This document shows, piece by piece, positions 11,261-25,420 of a stretch of DNA of 64,000 bases. Origin of the DNA: Octopus bimaculoides. Its lineage: Eukaryota. The stretch covers positions 107,072,373-107,136,372 of the forward strand of contig NC_068987.1 in NCBI RefSeq assembly GCF_001194135.2, written 5' to 3'. The notes beneath the pieces were generated by a model that was given only the letters and a program-made list of their open reading frames with translations, was not told the DNA's origin and ran no database searches. How positions within the stretch are numbered: the first letter of the stretch is position 1; every line of letters starts with the position of its first letter. Position numbers and translations under genes: made by a program.

Positions 11261-12949
11261 CCCCCTTATATATAATACATACACACACACACTCACACAC
11301 ACACACACACACATACACTCACACACACAGTCAAACGCACTCACATATAACACATAAATACATATATATATAGATATATATAGATATATATATATAGATA
11401 TATATACTCATATATAATCACATATATATATATACACACATACACACACACTCACTCATATATATATAATTTATCCATACATATATGTATATATGTGTAT
11501 GTACATTATTCATGTGTGGACCACTACTACCTGTCATGGTACATAATAACATCGTTACATTTCGTAAGCTTTCAAAGCCAACCACTTTTAAGGTTAAGGA
11601 TGACATGATATTAATTATATGTGGCATATAAGTTCCTGCATATTTCTAAATGGATCCTCCTTACTTATCATTACCATATTCTTAGAAAGATTATTTTGTA
11701 AGGCCTCTAGTAATTAGGGAGAATAACTGAACATCGAGAAAATCAAAGTTGAAGCTCTACATAAAATTATTGTTTCGTTCCTTATCTTCTGTTAAGCATT
11801 GTTTACCAGACATCGTGACTAAACTTTAGAACGAGTGACTATGTGCGATGAAAATCTGTTAGAATTACTCTACAAATCCCACTCCAATTACAAACTTCAA
11901 TCTTGAAAAGTATTCATAGGGACAATGTTGGTTTGATATGCAACTGGCATGTTCAAAACTAAAACGATATTGATCTTAGATCTGATTATTCAGAATTGAT
12001 ATTTGATTAGGAGACAAAAACCACTAAAATTATATTAAATGAAACCAATGTGACCTGGTGAGCACGATTTCTATTGGTGACCCTTTTATATGTCTTTCTT
12101 ATGTCGCTACAACTTTGCCAGAAGATATTACATATGTGGGTTAAAAGTGGCTAAAAGACATAAATTTCATGTACACAAATTGCGTCCACATTTATTCGAC
12201 TAATTTAACACGTGTCAGGTATGACATATCTCCATAGATTAATTAGTAGTTAGATTTTGGACTGAATCTCTCTGACATTCACACTACAACTTAAATGAGT
12301 AATGACGCATTCATTCCTTGGTCTGCTCTTATTCGGTGTCCTGCAGGAATAATGTAGTTCCAAAAACATAGTTTCTTTACTGGTGATTTAGAACCACTTC
12401 ATCTTCACTTCTTGCATGAAAAATTAACCATAGATCGACAGCAAGGTTACTTTTTGTCTTGTCGGGAACAAAAATAAGGCGCGTTTCCTTCATCACAAAT
12501 TCGCTGGATACAACGTAGATGAAGGTTGGTCTTGATCTAAATAAGAGAAACAATGACAAAACTATCTACAAATGCGTGGCATCTTGAGCAAGCCTTGTGA
12601 GTGTATTTGGTAGATGGAAACTGGAATACATATGTGTATGTGTATGTGTGTGTGTGTGTATTCAGAAGTCAAACATGTATAGTAATACACAAACGGACGG
12701 AAAGACAATAAATGTACTGAATGCGTAGACGCACAGACAAACGGTGAAAAAACACCGGTCACAAATTCCTCATCATGTATCGGTTAGGGCGTCGAGCGCA
12801 ATTTATTGCAATTATCGATAATATTGCATCTACCTCGGGGGCAATCAGCAAGGGAACTTGTTGGGGAAGCGACGAGATCATAACAAAACACGATGAACAA
12901 TACGGAGGAAAGCGGGACAAAAGATACAAAATAAATAATGTATGTGTGT

Positions 12950-13157
12950 GTGTCTTTGTACCTAAGCTTGTCCGCCATCCCCACATATCAACTGGTGTTA
13001 GCGTTGGTGTGTTTACGCCCCAGTAACAAAAGAAACCGAAAGAATAAGTACCAGTCTTAAAAAAACGGTACTGGGGTCGATTCGTTCGACTAAATTCCCT
13101 CAAGAGAGCACCCCAGCATGGCCGCAGTCTAATGACTGAAGTAAGTAAAAGATAAAA
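12950..13157 (+). mobile_element. SINE family B-related 3' half
   Basis: 'ggtgtgtttacgccccagtaac...agaataagtaccag...ctggggtcgattcgttcgactaa...ccccagcatggccgcagtctaatgactgaagtaagtaaaagataaaa'. Confidence 0.8.
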
Positions 13158-13561
13158 ACAGCAAGAACTGCTGCAACAAGCAACTTCGGTACTCATACGC
13201 TGCACCTGTCGATCACCAAAATATGCTTCTTTGCTCAGAGAGACCATTTAACATCAAACTTCTCGAATGCTTTTATACATTTATTCTTCGCTGTTATATA
13301 CACGTATCACTCTCATATGCATCCCTGCTTATACACGTACATACAACTCAAACGGCTCACTCGCGGCTTTCGCTATGATCTCATTTCAGATTCGTTGCTT
13401 TTTTCTGCTTACAGAGAAAACAGTATCTTGGAGAACAAACGTTTAATAATGGAAACGTTACAATGTACGATTTATATTATCTACACAGCTTTCTATTGTT
13501 CACTATTTTCAGGATCTGAAAACGATGTGTGCGTGTGTGTGTACTCGCGGGTGTGAATTTT

Positions 13562-13965
13562 AGGCGTTGTTGTGTGACAGAAAGTTTGCTTCCCTACCAC
13601 ACGGTCCCGAGTTCAGTCTCATTACATTGCACCTAGCACATGATTCTTGTACTATTACCTGGATCCGACTAAGTCCTCGTGAGTGGATTTGGTTGACTCA
13701 AAGAAGTCTGAAGAAATCTGATGAAACTGGATGCAGTCTGTCGTATGTCTATACAAATATACATATGTGTGTGTGTGTGTCTGTGTGTGTGTCTGTGTGT
13801 GTTTGTGTCTCTGTGTGTGTGTGTCTGTCTGTGTGTGTATGTGTAACATTGTATCTATATTAAACTTACATCACTGTTAGACAACTGGTGTTGTTATGTG
13901 TAAATACATGTAACTTTGGTGTTCGGCGAAAGACAAGCTACACTAAGTACCACATTTTAAGAGAA
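13562..13965 (+). mobile_element. Old, diverged SINE family B copy with internal (GT)n
   Basis: Head 'aaagtttgcttccctaccacacggtcccgagttcagtctc', middle 'cctcgtgagtggatttggttgac', tail 'ttagacaactggtgttg...gttcggcgaaagac'. Confidence 0.65.
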
Positions 13966-14443
13966 TGTGAATGGAGTTGAATCAGTTCTGCTGTGGGCAG
14001 AGGACCTAAAATGTATACCCCGTACATGATTTATCAAAACCGAAATGAAGAAAAGCAAAGAAAATCAAATTTGACTACAAGTGAGCACACCGTTATGAAG
14101 CTAAATTACTTACCACAAATCAAGCTTGTGCTATAGAATATAGTGAGACCACTCTCAAGGCTGAAATAGCGTTGTGTTATAGTCAGAAAGAAACGCGTAT
14201 ATTTGATACAGCTCTTCAAAAAAATATGTTTATACATAAGTCGATTTTCACTAAATACGTTGACCAATAATTGAGTACCTCATTTCCTAGGCATTGCCGG
14301 GTGTTCTCCATTTACAATATATCTGTATTAGAGTATATGTCACAAATATATTTTATATTTTTATGGCATGTATATTTTGTATGAATTGTACATATAATAT
14401 AAGCATACTACACATTTAATAAATATGTATGTANNNNNNNNNN

Positions 14444-14825
14444 GTGTGTGTATGTGTAACATTGTATCTATATTAAACTTACATCACTGTTAGACAACTG
14501 GTGTTGTTATGTGTAAATACATGTAACTTTGGTGTTCGGCGAAAGACAAGCTACACTAAGTACCACATTTTAAGAGAATGTGAATGGAGTTGAATCAGTT
14601 CTGCTGTGGGCAGAGGACCTAAAATGTATACCCCGTACATGATTTATCAAAACCGAAATGAAGAAAAGCAAAGAAAATCAAATTTGACTACAAGTGAGCA
14701 CACCGTTATGAAGCTAAATTACTTACCACAAATCAAGCTTGTGCTATAGAATATAGTGAGACCACTCTCAAGGCTGAAATAGCGTTGTGTTATAGTCAGA
14801 AAGAAACGCGTATATTTGATACAGC
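14444..14825 (+). repeat. 382-bp duplicate of 13831-14212 between two 10-N gaps (probable assembly artefact)
   Basis: Appears identical by eye to 13831-14212 and is bounded by N at 14434-14443 and 14826-14835. Confidence 0.85.
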
Positions 14826-15407
14826 NNNNNNNNNNATATATATATATATATATAAATATATATATATGTATGTATATATGTGTGTGTATATATACACACA
14901 TCTATATCTCCATATATACATATATACATACATGAGTGTATATATGTAGAGAGAGGGTAAGAGAAAGGGTGTATATATATATACTTATATATATGCATAT
15001 ATATGTATATATTTCTATTTCTTTATCTATCGATATATATGTATGTTTTGTGTGTGTGTGTGTGTGTGTATGCGTGTGTGTGTGAGTTCGTAACGCTATT
15101 TCGCGTTATGGGATTGGTCGAGGACGTCGGCGGATAATGTGCTTGAACGAAACATATAGCCAGATAAGGAATATGGAAAAAAGGAAACAATAAGAGACAA
15201 AGGATGGAGTGGGTATAGGAGTAGCAAGATAACCTAGCATAGAATGTATACTGCATTAATGAATAAGCTATGAGTGAGACATGAAAAATAACAGATTCCA
15301 TAATGAGACAGTATTTCAATGAAAAAATTGCTCAATAACGATAATTCATTACAGAACAAAGTCCATAAACACAAGTCCAATACATTTGTGTGCGTTTGTG
15401 CGTGTGC

Positions 15408-15467
<60 letters not shown>

Positions 15468-15842
15468 NNNNNNNNNNNNNNNNNNNNNNNNNNNNNNNNN
15501 NNNNNNNNNNNNNNNNNNNNNNNNNNNNNNNNNNNNNNNNNNNNNNNNNNNNNNNNNNNNNNNNNNNNNNNNNNNNNNNNNNNNNNNNNNNNNNNNNNNN
15601 NNNNNNNNNNNNNNNNNNNNNNNNNNNNNNNNNNNNNNNNNNNNNNNNNNNNNNNNNNNNNNNNNNNNNNNNNNNNNNNNNNNNNNNNNNNNNNNNNNNN
15701 NNNNNNNNNNNNNNNNNNNNNNNNNNNNNNNNNNNNNNNNNNNNNNNNNNNNNNNNNNNNNNNNNNNNNNNNNNNNNNNNNNNNNNNNNNNNNNNNNNNN
15801 NNNNNNNNNNNNNNNNNNNNNNNNNNNNNNNNNNNNNNNNNN

Positions 15843-15924
<82 letters not shown>

Positions 15925-16305
15925 TGAGAGATACATAGATATAGATAGGCTCATAGTTAGATAGACAGATACATACATACATACATAAATAGACAGATTC
16001 ATAGTTATATATAAACATTGATAGATATTGAATAAATATGTATGTATGCACACACGCACACATACACACGCACGTATATATATATATTTCTGTGTGAGAA
16101 TGGGATTGTATATCGGTACTTAGAACACGAACGCAAATAGTTATTGGAAATATCTTTATCCTAATATATACAAAAAAACCTCTATATGTTTGTATATGTA
16201 TATATGTGTGTGTGTGCACATGGCCAAGCGCTCTCTCGTGCATGGGTGTGTAATCATTTCCATGTCTTCATATAAGTAGCTATCAATAAACAAGTGGATA
16301 TATAA

Positions 16306-16340
<35 letters not shown>

Positions 16341-17210
16341 NNNNNNNNNNNNNNNNNNNNNNNNNNNNNNNNNNNNNNNNNNNNNNNNNNNNNNNNNNNN
16401 NNNNNNNNNNNNNNNNNNNNNNNNNNNNNNNNNNNNNNNNNNNNNNNNNNNNNNNNNNNNNNNNNNNNNNNNNNNNNNNNNNNNNNNNNNNNNNNNNNNN
16501 NNNNNNNNNNNNNNNNNNNNNNNNNNNNNNNNNNNNNNNNNNNNNNNNNNNNNNNNNNNNNNNNNNNNNNNNNNNNNNNNNNNNNNNNNNNNNNNNNNNN
16601 NNNNNNNNNNNNNNNNNNNNNNNNNNNNNNNNNNNNNNNNNNNNNNNNNNNNNNNNNNNNNNNNNNNNNNNNNNNNNNNNNNNNNNNNNNNNNNNNNNNN
16701 NNNNNNNNNNNNNNNNNNNNNNNNNNNNNNNNNNNNNNNNNNNNNNNNNNNNNNNNNNNNNNNNNNNNNNNNNNNNNNNNNNNNNNNNNNNNNNNNNNNN
16801 NNNNNNNNNNNNNNNNNNNNNNNNNNNNNNNNNNNNNNNNNNNNNNNNNNNNNNNNNNNNNNNNNNNNNNNNNNNNNNNNNNNNNNNNNNNNNNNNNNNN
16901 NNNNNNNNNNNNNNNNNNNNNNNNNNNNNNNNNNNNNNNNNNNNNNNNNNNNNNNNNNNNNNNNNNNNNNNNNNNNNNNNNNNNNNNNNNNNNNNNNNNN
17001 NNNNNNNNNNNNNNNNNNNNNNNNNNNNNNNNNNNNNNNNNNNNNNNNNNNNNNNNNNNNNNNNNNNNNNNNNNNNNNNNNNNNNNNNNNNNNNNNNNNN
17101 NNNNNNNNNNNNNNNNNNNNNNNNNNNNNNNNNNNNNNNNNNNNNNNNNNNNNNNNNNNNNNNNNNNNNNNNNNNNNNNNNNNNNNNNNNNTATATATAT
17201 ATATATATAT

Positions 17211-17249
<39 letters not shown>

Positions 17250-18461
17250 CATGTATTTATATATATGTACAAATATACATATACACATCTTTGTTTACAT
17301 ACATATTCTGTGTATACAGCATGTAAGAATGTATCTATTCCATGGAGATATCAGCTCAGTTATTAGATAACATTCATATCCCCTTGTTGAACCATGTATT
17401 TCGTAATCTATATTCTGATATTCTTACCGCAGTGTATAGAAGTATACAAATGCATAGATATTTTTTACTTTTTCTTTCGTCTGTATTATATCCGAGTGCC
17501 TCCGTGCATACCATTTGTATGTGTGTGATTTAGTTTTATGAAGTCTAGGCCTATACATACACATACCTACACACACACAGATATATATATATATATATAT
17601 TTATATATATGTGTGTGTGTGTGTGTGTGTGGTTGTTATTGTGTGCGTAATTGTGAGTGGGTGTGCGCATGGCTGTGTGTGTGTTAGTGGCAGCATGTGT
17701 GTTTGAGCTATATTCGTATTGTGGGTGTGTGCATATTGTTTGGAATGGCATTACTTTTCGCTTTCACTTTAGACATGAATATTGTAACCTAACTTTCCTA
17801 TACTTAGTCACAATTATTCTTCCATGTTGTTTAAGTATCAACTTTTTAAGTATTTCGAGAAATACATTTGCAACTATTCTCGTTGCTTATATAAAAATTA
17901 GTGCTGTTAAACGTCGATAGATAAGTAGATAGATTGATTTAAAGATAGATACACAAAAAGACAGACAGACAGGCAGACAGACAGAAAGACAGATATATAT
18001 ATATATATATATATATATAGATATAGAGAGATAGATAGAGAGATAGATAGATAGATAGATAAATGGATGGCCATGTAGACAGGTAGACTGGTAGATCGAT
18101 ATAGATAGATGGATTGATTGATTCATGGATATACGGACAAGCAGGCCGACAAGCAGACATACATACATACAGACCTGACAGGCAGATAGGTAGATAACTT
18201 TCTTTACTAGCCACACAGGACCGAACACAGAGGGGACAAAATACAAAGCAGTGTTTTTTTTTCGAAAAAGGAAAATAAGGAGGAAAATAAAATTCCGATC
18301 AAAAAGGATCGCGAGAACAAAAAAAAAAAAAGATCAAAAGGGATCGTGTATCACACGAAAAAATTTTAAAGTGTAAAAAGCAAGCTTAGGTTTATCCGTG
18401 GAAAGAAAAGCCTACGGAAAAGATCACAGTGATCTTTAGACATGTAGACAGGTAGACTGAC

Positions 18462-18516
<55 letters not shown>

Positions 18517-18521
18517 GGATG

Positions 18522-18584
<63 letters not shown>

Positions 18585-18598
18585 GGATAGATAGATAA

Positions 18599-18640
<42 letters not shown>

Positions 18641-18641
18641 G

Positions 18642-18676
<35 letters not shown>

Positions 18677-18694
18677 GGATAGATAGATAGATAG
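18462..18694. repeat. (TAGA)n tetranucleotide microsatellite with TGGA variants
   Basis: Direct inspection. Confidence 0.95.
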
Positions 18695-18936
18695 TGAAAG
18701 AGAGAGAGGGAGAGAGAAGAGAGATCAATAATGTGATACAGACAGACTAATAGACAGTCAGATACACAGACACACTAATAAACAAACAGATAGACAGATC
18801 CAAAGAATTAGTTTCACCTTTTTGTTTTCTCTATTGCTACTTTAACGGCATATACGTAGCCTGTTCAAGCTAATACATTCATTATATCGTACTTATACAC
18901 TTCGTACTACCTTTCTGTTGATACATTTAAAACATT

Positions 18937-19138
18937 CAAGGCGGCGAGCTGGCAGAAACGTTTGCGCGCCGGGCGAAATTCTTACTGGTATTTCGTCTTT
19001 ACGTTCCGAGTTCAAATTCCGCTGAGGTCGATTTTGCTTTTCATCCTTTCGGCGTCTATAAATTCAGTACTGAAGTAGATCTAATCGTTTGGCCCCGTCT
19101 CTCCAACATTTCAGGCCTTGTGCCTAGTGTAGAAAAGT
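18937..19138 (+). mobile_element. SINE family C, full length
   Basis: 'caaggcggcgagctggcagaaacg...gagttcaaattccgctgaggtcga...tttcatcctttcgg...tttcaggccttgtgcctagtgtagaaaag'. B box is gagttcaaattcc. Several homologs lie at 43140-43340 and 53.8-56.6 kb. Confidence 0.85.
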
Positions 19139-19458
19139 ATATTTAAAAGTTGTACTTCATTGTAGTACGGTTTCGTTGCTCACCCATGTATAAGATGCTG
19201 AGAACGCAAGCAGTTTACTAGAAATGACTAGAAGAAAATATGCCTCAGAAACATTTGTGGCCCGTGTTAGACAGACTTTTTCAGAACACTGGGCTAAGAT
19301 GATTCTGTGCCGATTCTTTACTTTCGTAGCTCTTCGTTTTATACTAATCTTGTCTCATTTATGTTTGTTCGAAAACAGTTGTATTTAGACTGTTGAAGTT
19401 TTATCAACTGTATCTCTTAGCAACATAGTTATTTCATCAATGCTCGAAGGATTTTAAG

Positions 19459-19844
19459 GAGATCCCTCAAGATTGTTGTTGTATGCTGTATTTGTGCAAT
19501 TCAATAAAGAATATTTAGACCCAACGAACAAATTTAGACACAAAATACCGGAAGGCAACTATCATCCGCATATGACCTGGGGTGATCTACATATTGCTTT
19601 TAAGCACTTCGCTGTCTACATGTGCATGTCATTGAAACGGCTCAAAATAGCTGAACTGTATCGAGCGTTCTTGTTGAACACTGGTGGGAGGAATTTCGTC
19701 TCCCTTTCGCATTTTTTGGATTTTAATACATTTCCATTTAAGAAAATGTGTCGAGATTACTACATCAGTAACTGTCTGACCAAAGATGTATATAGACTAA
19801 GCATGATGCACAGACGGCCAAATAATGGATCTTTTTTCAACACG
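19459..19844 (+). CDS. Candidate coding exon of an unidentified host gene
   Basis: Non-repetitive open frame of about 128 codons (GDPSRLLLYAVFVQFNKEYLDPTNKFRHKIPEGNYHPHMTWGDLHIAFKHF...SFFNT). It ends at a consensus donor acg|gtaagt (19844/19845) and is preceded by a weak acceptor ttttaag| (19458). No homology recognised. Confidence 0.5.
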
Positions 19845-22298
19845 GTAAGTTTACAATTCCTTTCAGTTCTTTAGATTCACACTGTGCATAATACATATTT
19901 TTAATCAATAGCTTGTCAACTAAAACCGAACTAGTCAACTTAAACTGCCTACTACGGTGCTAGTCGAAGTTGTCACTGATCTTTACAATTGTTGACTATT
20001 CTATGCTATTGGGTGTGAAAGGAAACCGTAGGTCTTCTTTCTTAACTGATCAACGAGTTGTGAACTGACTCAAGAAGAAACTCTTCCCTCTTATTTCCAC
20101 ACATTTAAAAACAGAAGATTGTGTTGAAATTCTTATAGTATGATCCCTTCTTATACCAATGTAACAATTGTTTCGTTTGCTCAGTAATTTACGACATCTG
20201 ACAAAGGTCACAATTGATTGACATATTCTGTACACTTTAGATTACCTCACTTTGCACATATTCAGTCGCGGAGAAACAAGACTGCTACATCTCAGATACC
20301 TGGGTCAATTTCCACTGTAATATTCTGGACAAGTCTCTTTGAGGCGACATTTGAGTTGACCACGATTTATTACTAATTCGGCGGATGGGAAATGTTGTGC
20401 TTGTAATTCAGCCGGGCAGAGTGTTCATAGACTAAGACACTGTGATTCTGGCAATGAGTTATGTAAGGGTACAGAAATTTTGTGTTAGATTCCGGGACGC
20501 ATATTATAATTCAATTAGCTGTTTATTCCATTGCAAGAACATACCTAAAATTTATTTTCTGAACCGAATGATGGGCCATTAAATATTCTTATTTAATTCT
20601 TCACTTCATCCCCCCCTCACAAGCTCCCGCTCTTACCTTCTCGAGCTCCTTCTCTGCCCTCCTTCAGCTCCCTCTCCCTCGCTCTCTCGCTCTCTCCTTT
20701 CGTCTACCTCGTCATTTTCCACCACTCCCTCCGTCACCCACATGTATGCAAAACATGTCCATATATACCTATACATATGCATACCTGTATATACATATAC
20801 AAACATACACCTTCAAAAGCGAATAAACACACGCACACATATACGTAAACATACATAACGTATGTCTGCATGTAATTGTGAATGAGTGTAGGTATACATA
20901 CATACATGCATGCATGCATACATACATACAGCACATGCTTCGTTCTAAATCTTCCGAATAAATGAGTGTAAATATATGTGTATATGCGGGTCAGTTTATG
21001 TATACGCTGAGTGTATTGGTATTTTCAATTTCTCATTTATTAAATCAGAATACTTTAAGCCTCACCATGTGTAGAATCTCTATTTTCTAAGTTTTCGGGT
21101 AAGTTTGTATCTATTTACAATTTTGAAGCTTTATCCCTTATTTTATTTAGTGTTTGCATCAGATAACCTTTCAAAATAATATAAAATTTGATTTCGGCGT
21201 AAGATGGGCGAACTGTAATTGGAGGAATAAATACATTGGACGAAAATATGTTTATGCGATGTACAGATTTACCAAAAATATATGAGAAACGCTCGCAAGA
21301 AATAGATTAGAGGGGGAAAACACATATTGAAAAAAAAGGTGGAACGATGAATGCGAAATACGACTGTATACCCCCTACACACAGCTTCATACACACAAAC
21401 ACACGTATGTATATGTATATATTATGTATGTATGTATGTATGTATGAATGTATATATATATATATTTCTACATATACAAAAATATATACAGTCTCTCACA
21501 CACACATACAATTGCGCACATACACACATACACACTCACGCATGCACGCACACTCATGCACATACGGGTTTCTAGTTGAAGCTGCAACTTGGTTTTAAAA
21601 TGAATATTAGTATTTCTTCTAAATTTTTGTAATATATTGAATCATGCCGCTTTCAACATTTTATTCTTGAATGGTAAATAGAAAGTAAAGAATGTGTTTA
21701 AATGTTTATAGAAACTGAATGCAGAAGAAAAATTTACATAACGATAAACCAGGTTTCAGACTCAAATGCGCAATTCGTTTCATAGCACAATTACATAAGG
21801 AAGATTCAGCTGTTGAATAAGTTTTAAAGAAGAAATTGATAAAGTTCGAACGTTCGATACATTTCGTAGCATGATTAGATGACAAGATTCAGAGTAATAA
21901 CATATCATCAGTTAGGCTTGATCACGATTTGAAGACAAAGGGAATTTTTTCACAAGCCTTCACGTGTTTTGCCTGTGAATCAGAATGTTTCGTCATAGAC
22001 CTCACTACATTGAATTAGGAATTCGAAATCTGATAATGTCTTGCATACGTTGGTTTTATAACGAAAGGACATGTAATTAGGCCTAGTCAATGCTCGTGCA
22101 GCAATTGAAACGAAAGAGAAAAGGAATCAACAAGAAAATGCAATTTTCTTGTTTTAGTTTAGTCATGCCGCCACGTGGCACAGTGATTATCGTCTTGGCC
22201 ATTAGATTATGCATTATTTTCTTAGACAAAGCAGTTCGTTGTATTTTTGCGGAAGGCACTTCATTTCAAAATGCCCTATAATGAGAACCAGCTAGATA

Positions 22299-22580
22299 TT
22301 CAGCCGAGTGTGCGTCTCACGTAACAACGTGGTACATAAATCAATATGTCGTACATCAGCAAACCATAATCGTCCATCTGTGAGAGAAGAGTGATGGCTG
22401 AAATTGCTTTCTTCAACCGTAATTAGATCCTAAACGAACAGCTCCACTTTAAAAAAAACACCGACATATTGTGATTTCTTCAGTATCCAATGCTCTCATA
22501 GATGGACGATTATACGTTGTTACCATACGACATATTGGCTTATGTACCACATGGTTGCGTGAGACGCCCACTCGGTTGAA
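22299..22580. mobile_element. TA-flanked MITE with about 88-bp imperfect TIRs
   Basis: 22299-22386 is the approximate reverse complement of 22493-22580. TA lies immediately outside both ends (22297-22298 and 22581-22582). Confidence 0.75.
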
Positions 22581-23505
22581 TAATACTGAACCGTACATGT
22601 CAATGGAAATATCGCTAGTATATCGAGCAGATCATGCTACGCGGGAGACGCTCGATCACTGTTCTACTTATTCATTCTTCCTTTAGTCTCGAGTTCATCG
22701 TAACTGAAAAAGGCACTCCAGTTTTAACAACACCACCTTCTCTTCGCAGTCCCAGAAAACCCGAGAAACGGAATATGTCACAAACCAAAGAGAAGCAATT
22801 ACAATATTAGGAACAATTAAGAAAAATTCAAAGATCTAAATCACAATTCGAGGATGGTGAGTGCGAATGGCTGCTATTTGTAGATGGTTGCGTAAGTACA
22901 TAGAAGCAGCCATTTTTGGTTCGTACCATCTCACTAATCCTGTTGTTGCTGCAGTTACCGTTTGACCACAGGAAATCCTTGATAAAATCGACTTGTGTTA
23001 AACACGAAATCCAACGCACCACTTTGCTGAACTTTCCCATGTTTCTGAAAATATCAATGTGTAATTTGAGTGAGAATTTGAAGCTATTTTGGGAAGTTCT
23101 AATGACCAAGTGGAACCGCTCTCGTTTACTGCTTACATCTCATCTGATTTAGTTGTGAAGTGAAAGAACAGCAGTTTCAATGTGTTTGCAAATATACAAA
23201 ATTCTAAACAAATACATAAGTTATCAAACAGTTAGTCTGGCAACATAATCTGATGGAATGGAAATTCTGGCACGAAATGATGAAGTAATTTAATCTACGC
23301 AGACGACTCAATGTCTGGATGATTGACTTGTTTGTAGGTCACTTGATTTTGGATGCGTTTAAAATATTCAACGAAAATCATGGCGTACAAGCGTATCCTT
23401 TTCTTTCTCCATGGGAATCTCTCTCGGACTGACTCTCACACGTTCTCTCTCGGTCTCTCTCTCTCTCTCTTACACACGCTCCGTCTGTCTGTCTGTCTCT
23501 CTGTC

Positions 23506-23558
<53 letters not shown>

Positions 23559-25361
23559 TATACTCTCTCTGCTGTCTGTCTGTCTGTGTGTGTGTGTGTG
23601 TGTGTGTCTCTCCCTCTCTCTCTCTCTCTCTCTTAAACATACTCTCTCTGCTCTCTGTCTATCTCGCTCTCTTTCTCTCTCTCTCTCTCTCTCGGACTTA
23701 TTACGTCTGCTTCTCATTGTTGTTATGTCTGCAACTCTTTTTCTCTCCAAAATTATTCCTCTTCTAGGAAGGAATATATCTTGAGTAGCTACTTGCGAGT
23801 AAAATAAGCGAAATCTGCTTCAATCGTCAGCTTGACATTGCATCCCCTGATACAGAAATGGACAAACCCAGGGTTGATGATAGATAGAATTGTTAGAAGG
23901 TCAGAACAACTGTTTTGTGATACCAATGCCGACTTTCCACAATCAAGGTTAAAATTTCAACCAAAGTCTCAAATCTTCCTTATCACATATAAATCCTAAG
24001 GCACCAAGCTCCCTCCTATCAGCGTCACTAGCATCTCTTTGCTCTGCAATCACATCGTTTCTATACAAGGGAACTATGAACACAGAGGTTTTGAAGATAA
24101 AATGCTGCGTGGATTGAACTCATGACTATTCTTTATACTGACTAAACTCACAAGCAAATAGCTCCAAGTTTCCTTTACAGATGTGACGACAACAAGGAAA
24201 CCCCGCTGAGACACACACCGCTACTGTTATAAGGACAGTAAAGTTATGAGTTGTAGATTTGATTGTTAATGCTGACGGAGATTCAGCGACGACATTTGAT
24301 CATGATTTGGTGAATGAAATAAAGAGAGGGGGAGAAGGAGAAAGGGCGAAAGCTAGGAAGAAAGAGAGTGCGTATGTGTCTATATATGGGTGTGTCTATG
24401 TATATGTGTGCGTATGTGTGCGTATGTGTGTGTATGTGTGTGTGTTTATGTGACTGTATGTGCATTTGTCTGTATGTGTATGTGTGCGGATACGTGTGTG
24501 TTCCCGTGTGTTTCTATTTTGTTTGTGTATGTGTGTGTTTGTGTGCTTTATATTCAAGATATATGTGAATACGTTATGAAAATAAAAATTACACGTATAT
24601 TCAGTTATTTATTTGGACGTACACACATGAACGCACATACATGTATGCCTAGAAACATTCGTATATAATTTAGATGTACAAGTGTGTGTATGTATGTATG
24701 TGTGTTTGTATGTATGTATGTATATATGCATGCATGTATGTATGCAGGTACGTACACACATGTTTATAAGACTGAGCATAGGAAGCGAACAAGCAACAAG
24801 TTAAAGAAGAATATATATCCGTAAAAGTATTACGTCGTAGAAATAAGTAACTACTTCGGAGAAAGTCTTTTTATTTTTTGCTAGAAATACACATCATAGA
24901 CTATTGCTTCCTATTTCTTTACACAAAGATTGAGATGGAAAAGTTAGAAATGTTCTACGCTGCGTAAAGCACTAACTTATTTCATAACATTTTGAGAACT
25001 TTTATTGAACTTATTCAAAGCATATTAGTTACTGCAGGGAGAAAAGTATGTATATATGTTTGTGGATAGGAAGGAAGGATGGATGATATCTTCTGAAGGT
25101 TATTTCACTTCCAAAGGAATTAACAACCTCGTGGAAGTGAATTGGCTTCAAAGGGTTTTGAAAACAGCCTCATAGATTTAGCACTCCACAAACCTATTGC
25201 TTGTTTGCTCTATGGCGCCGAAGAAAATTCAAAGAATGTTAAAATATACTAAAGACACACGGAATAAAACGCTTACAATCAACAAACAATATAACTACAA
25301 GTAACATGTTTTCAAGTAAGCAGTATGCGAGCGTATAATACACACATATACACATACATGT

Positions 25362-25420
<59 letters not shown>

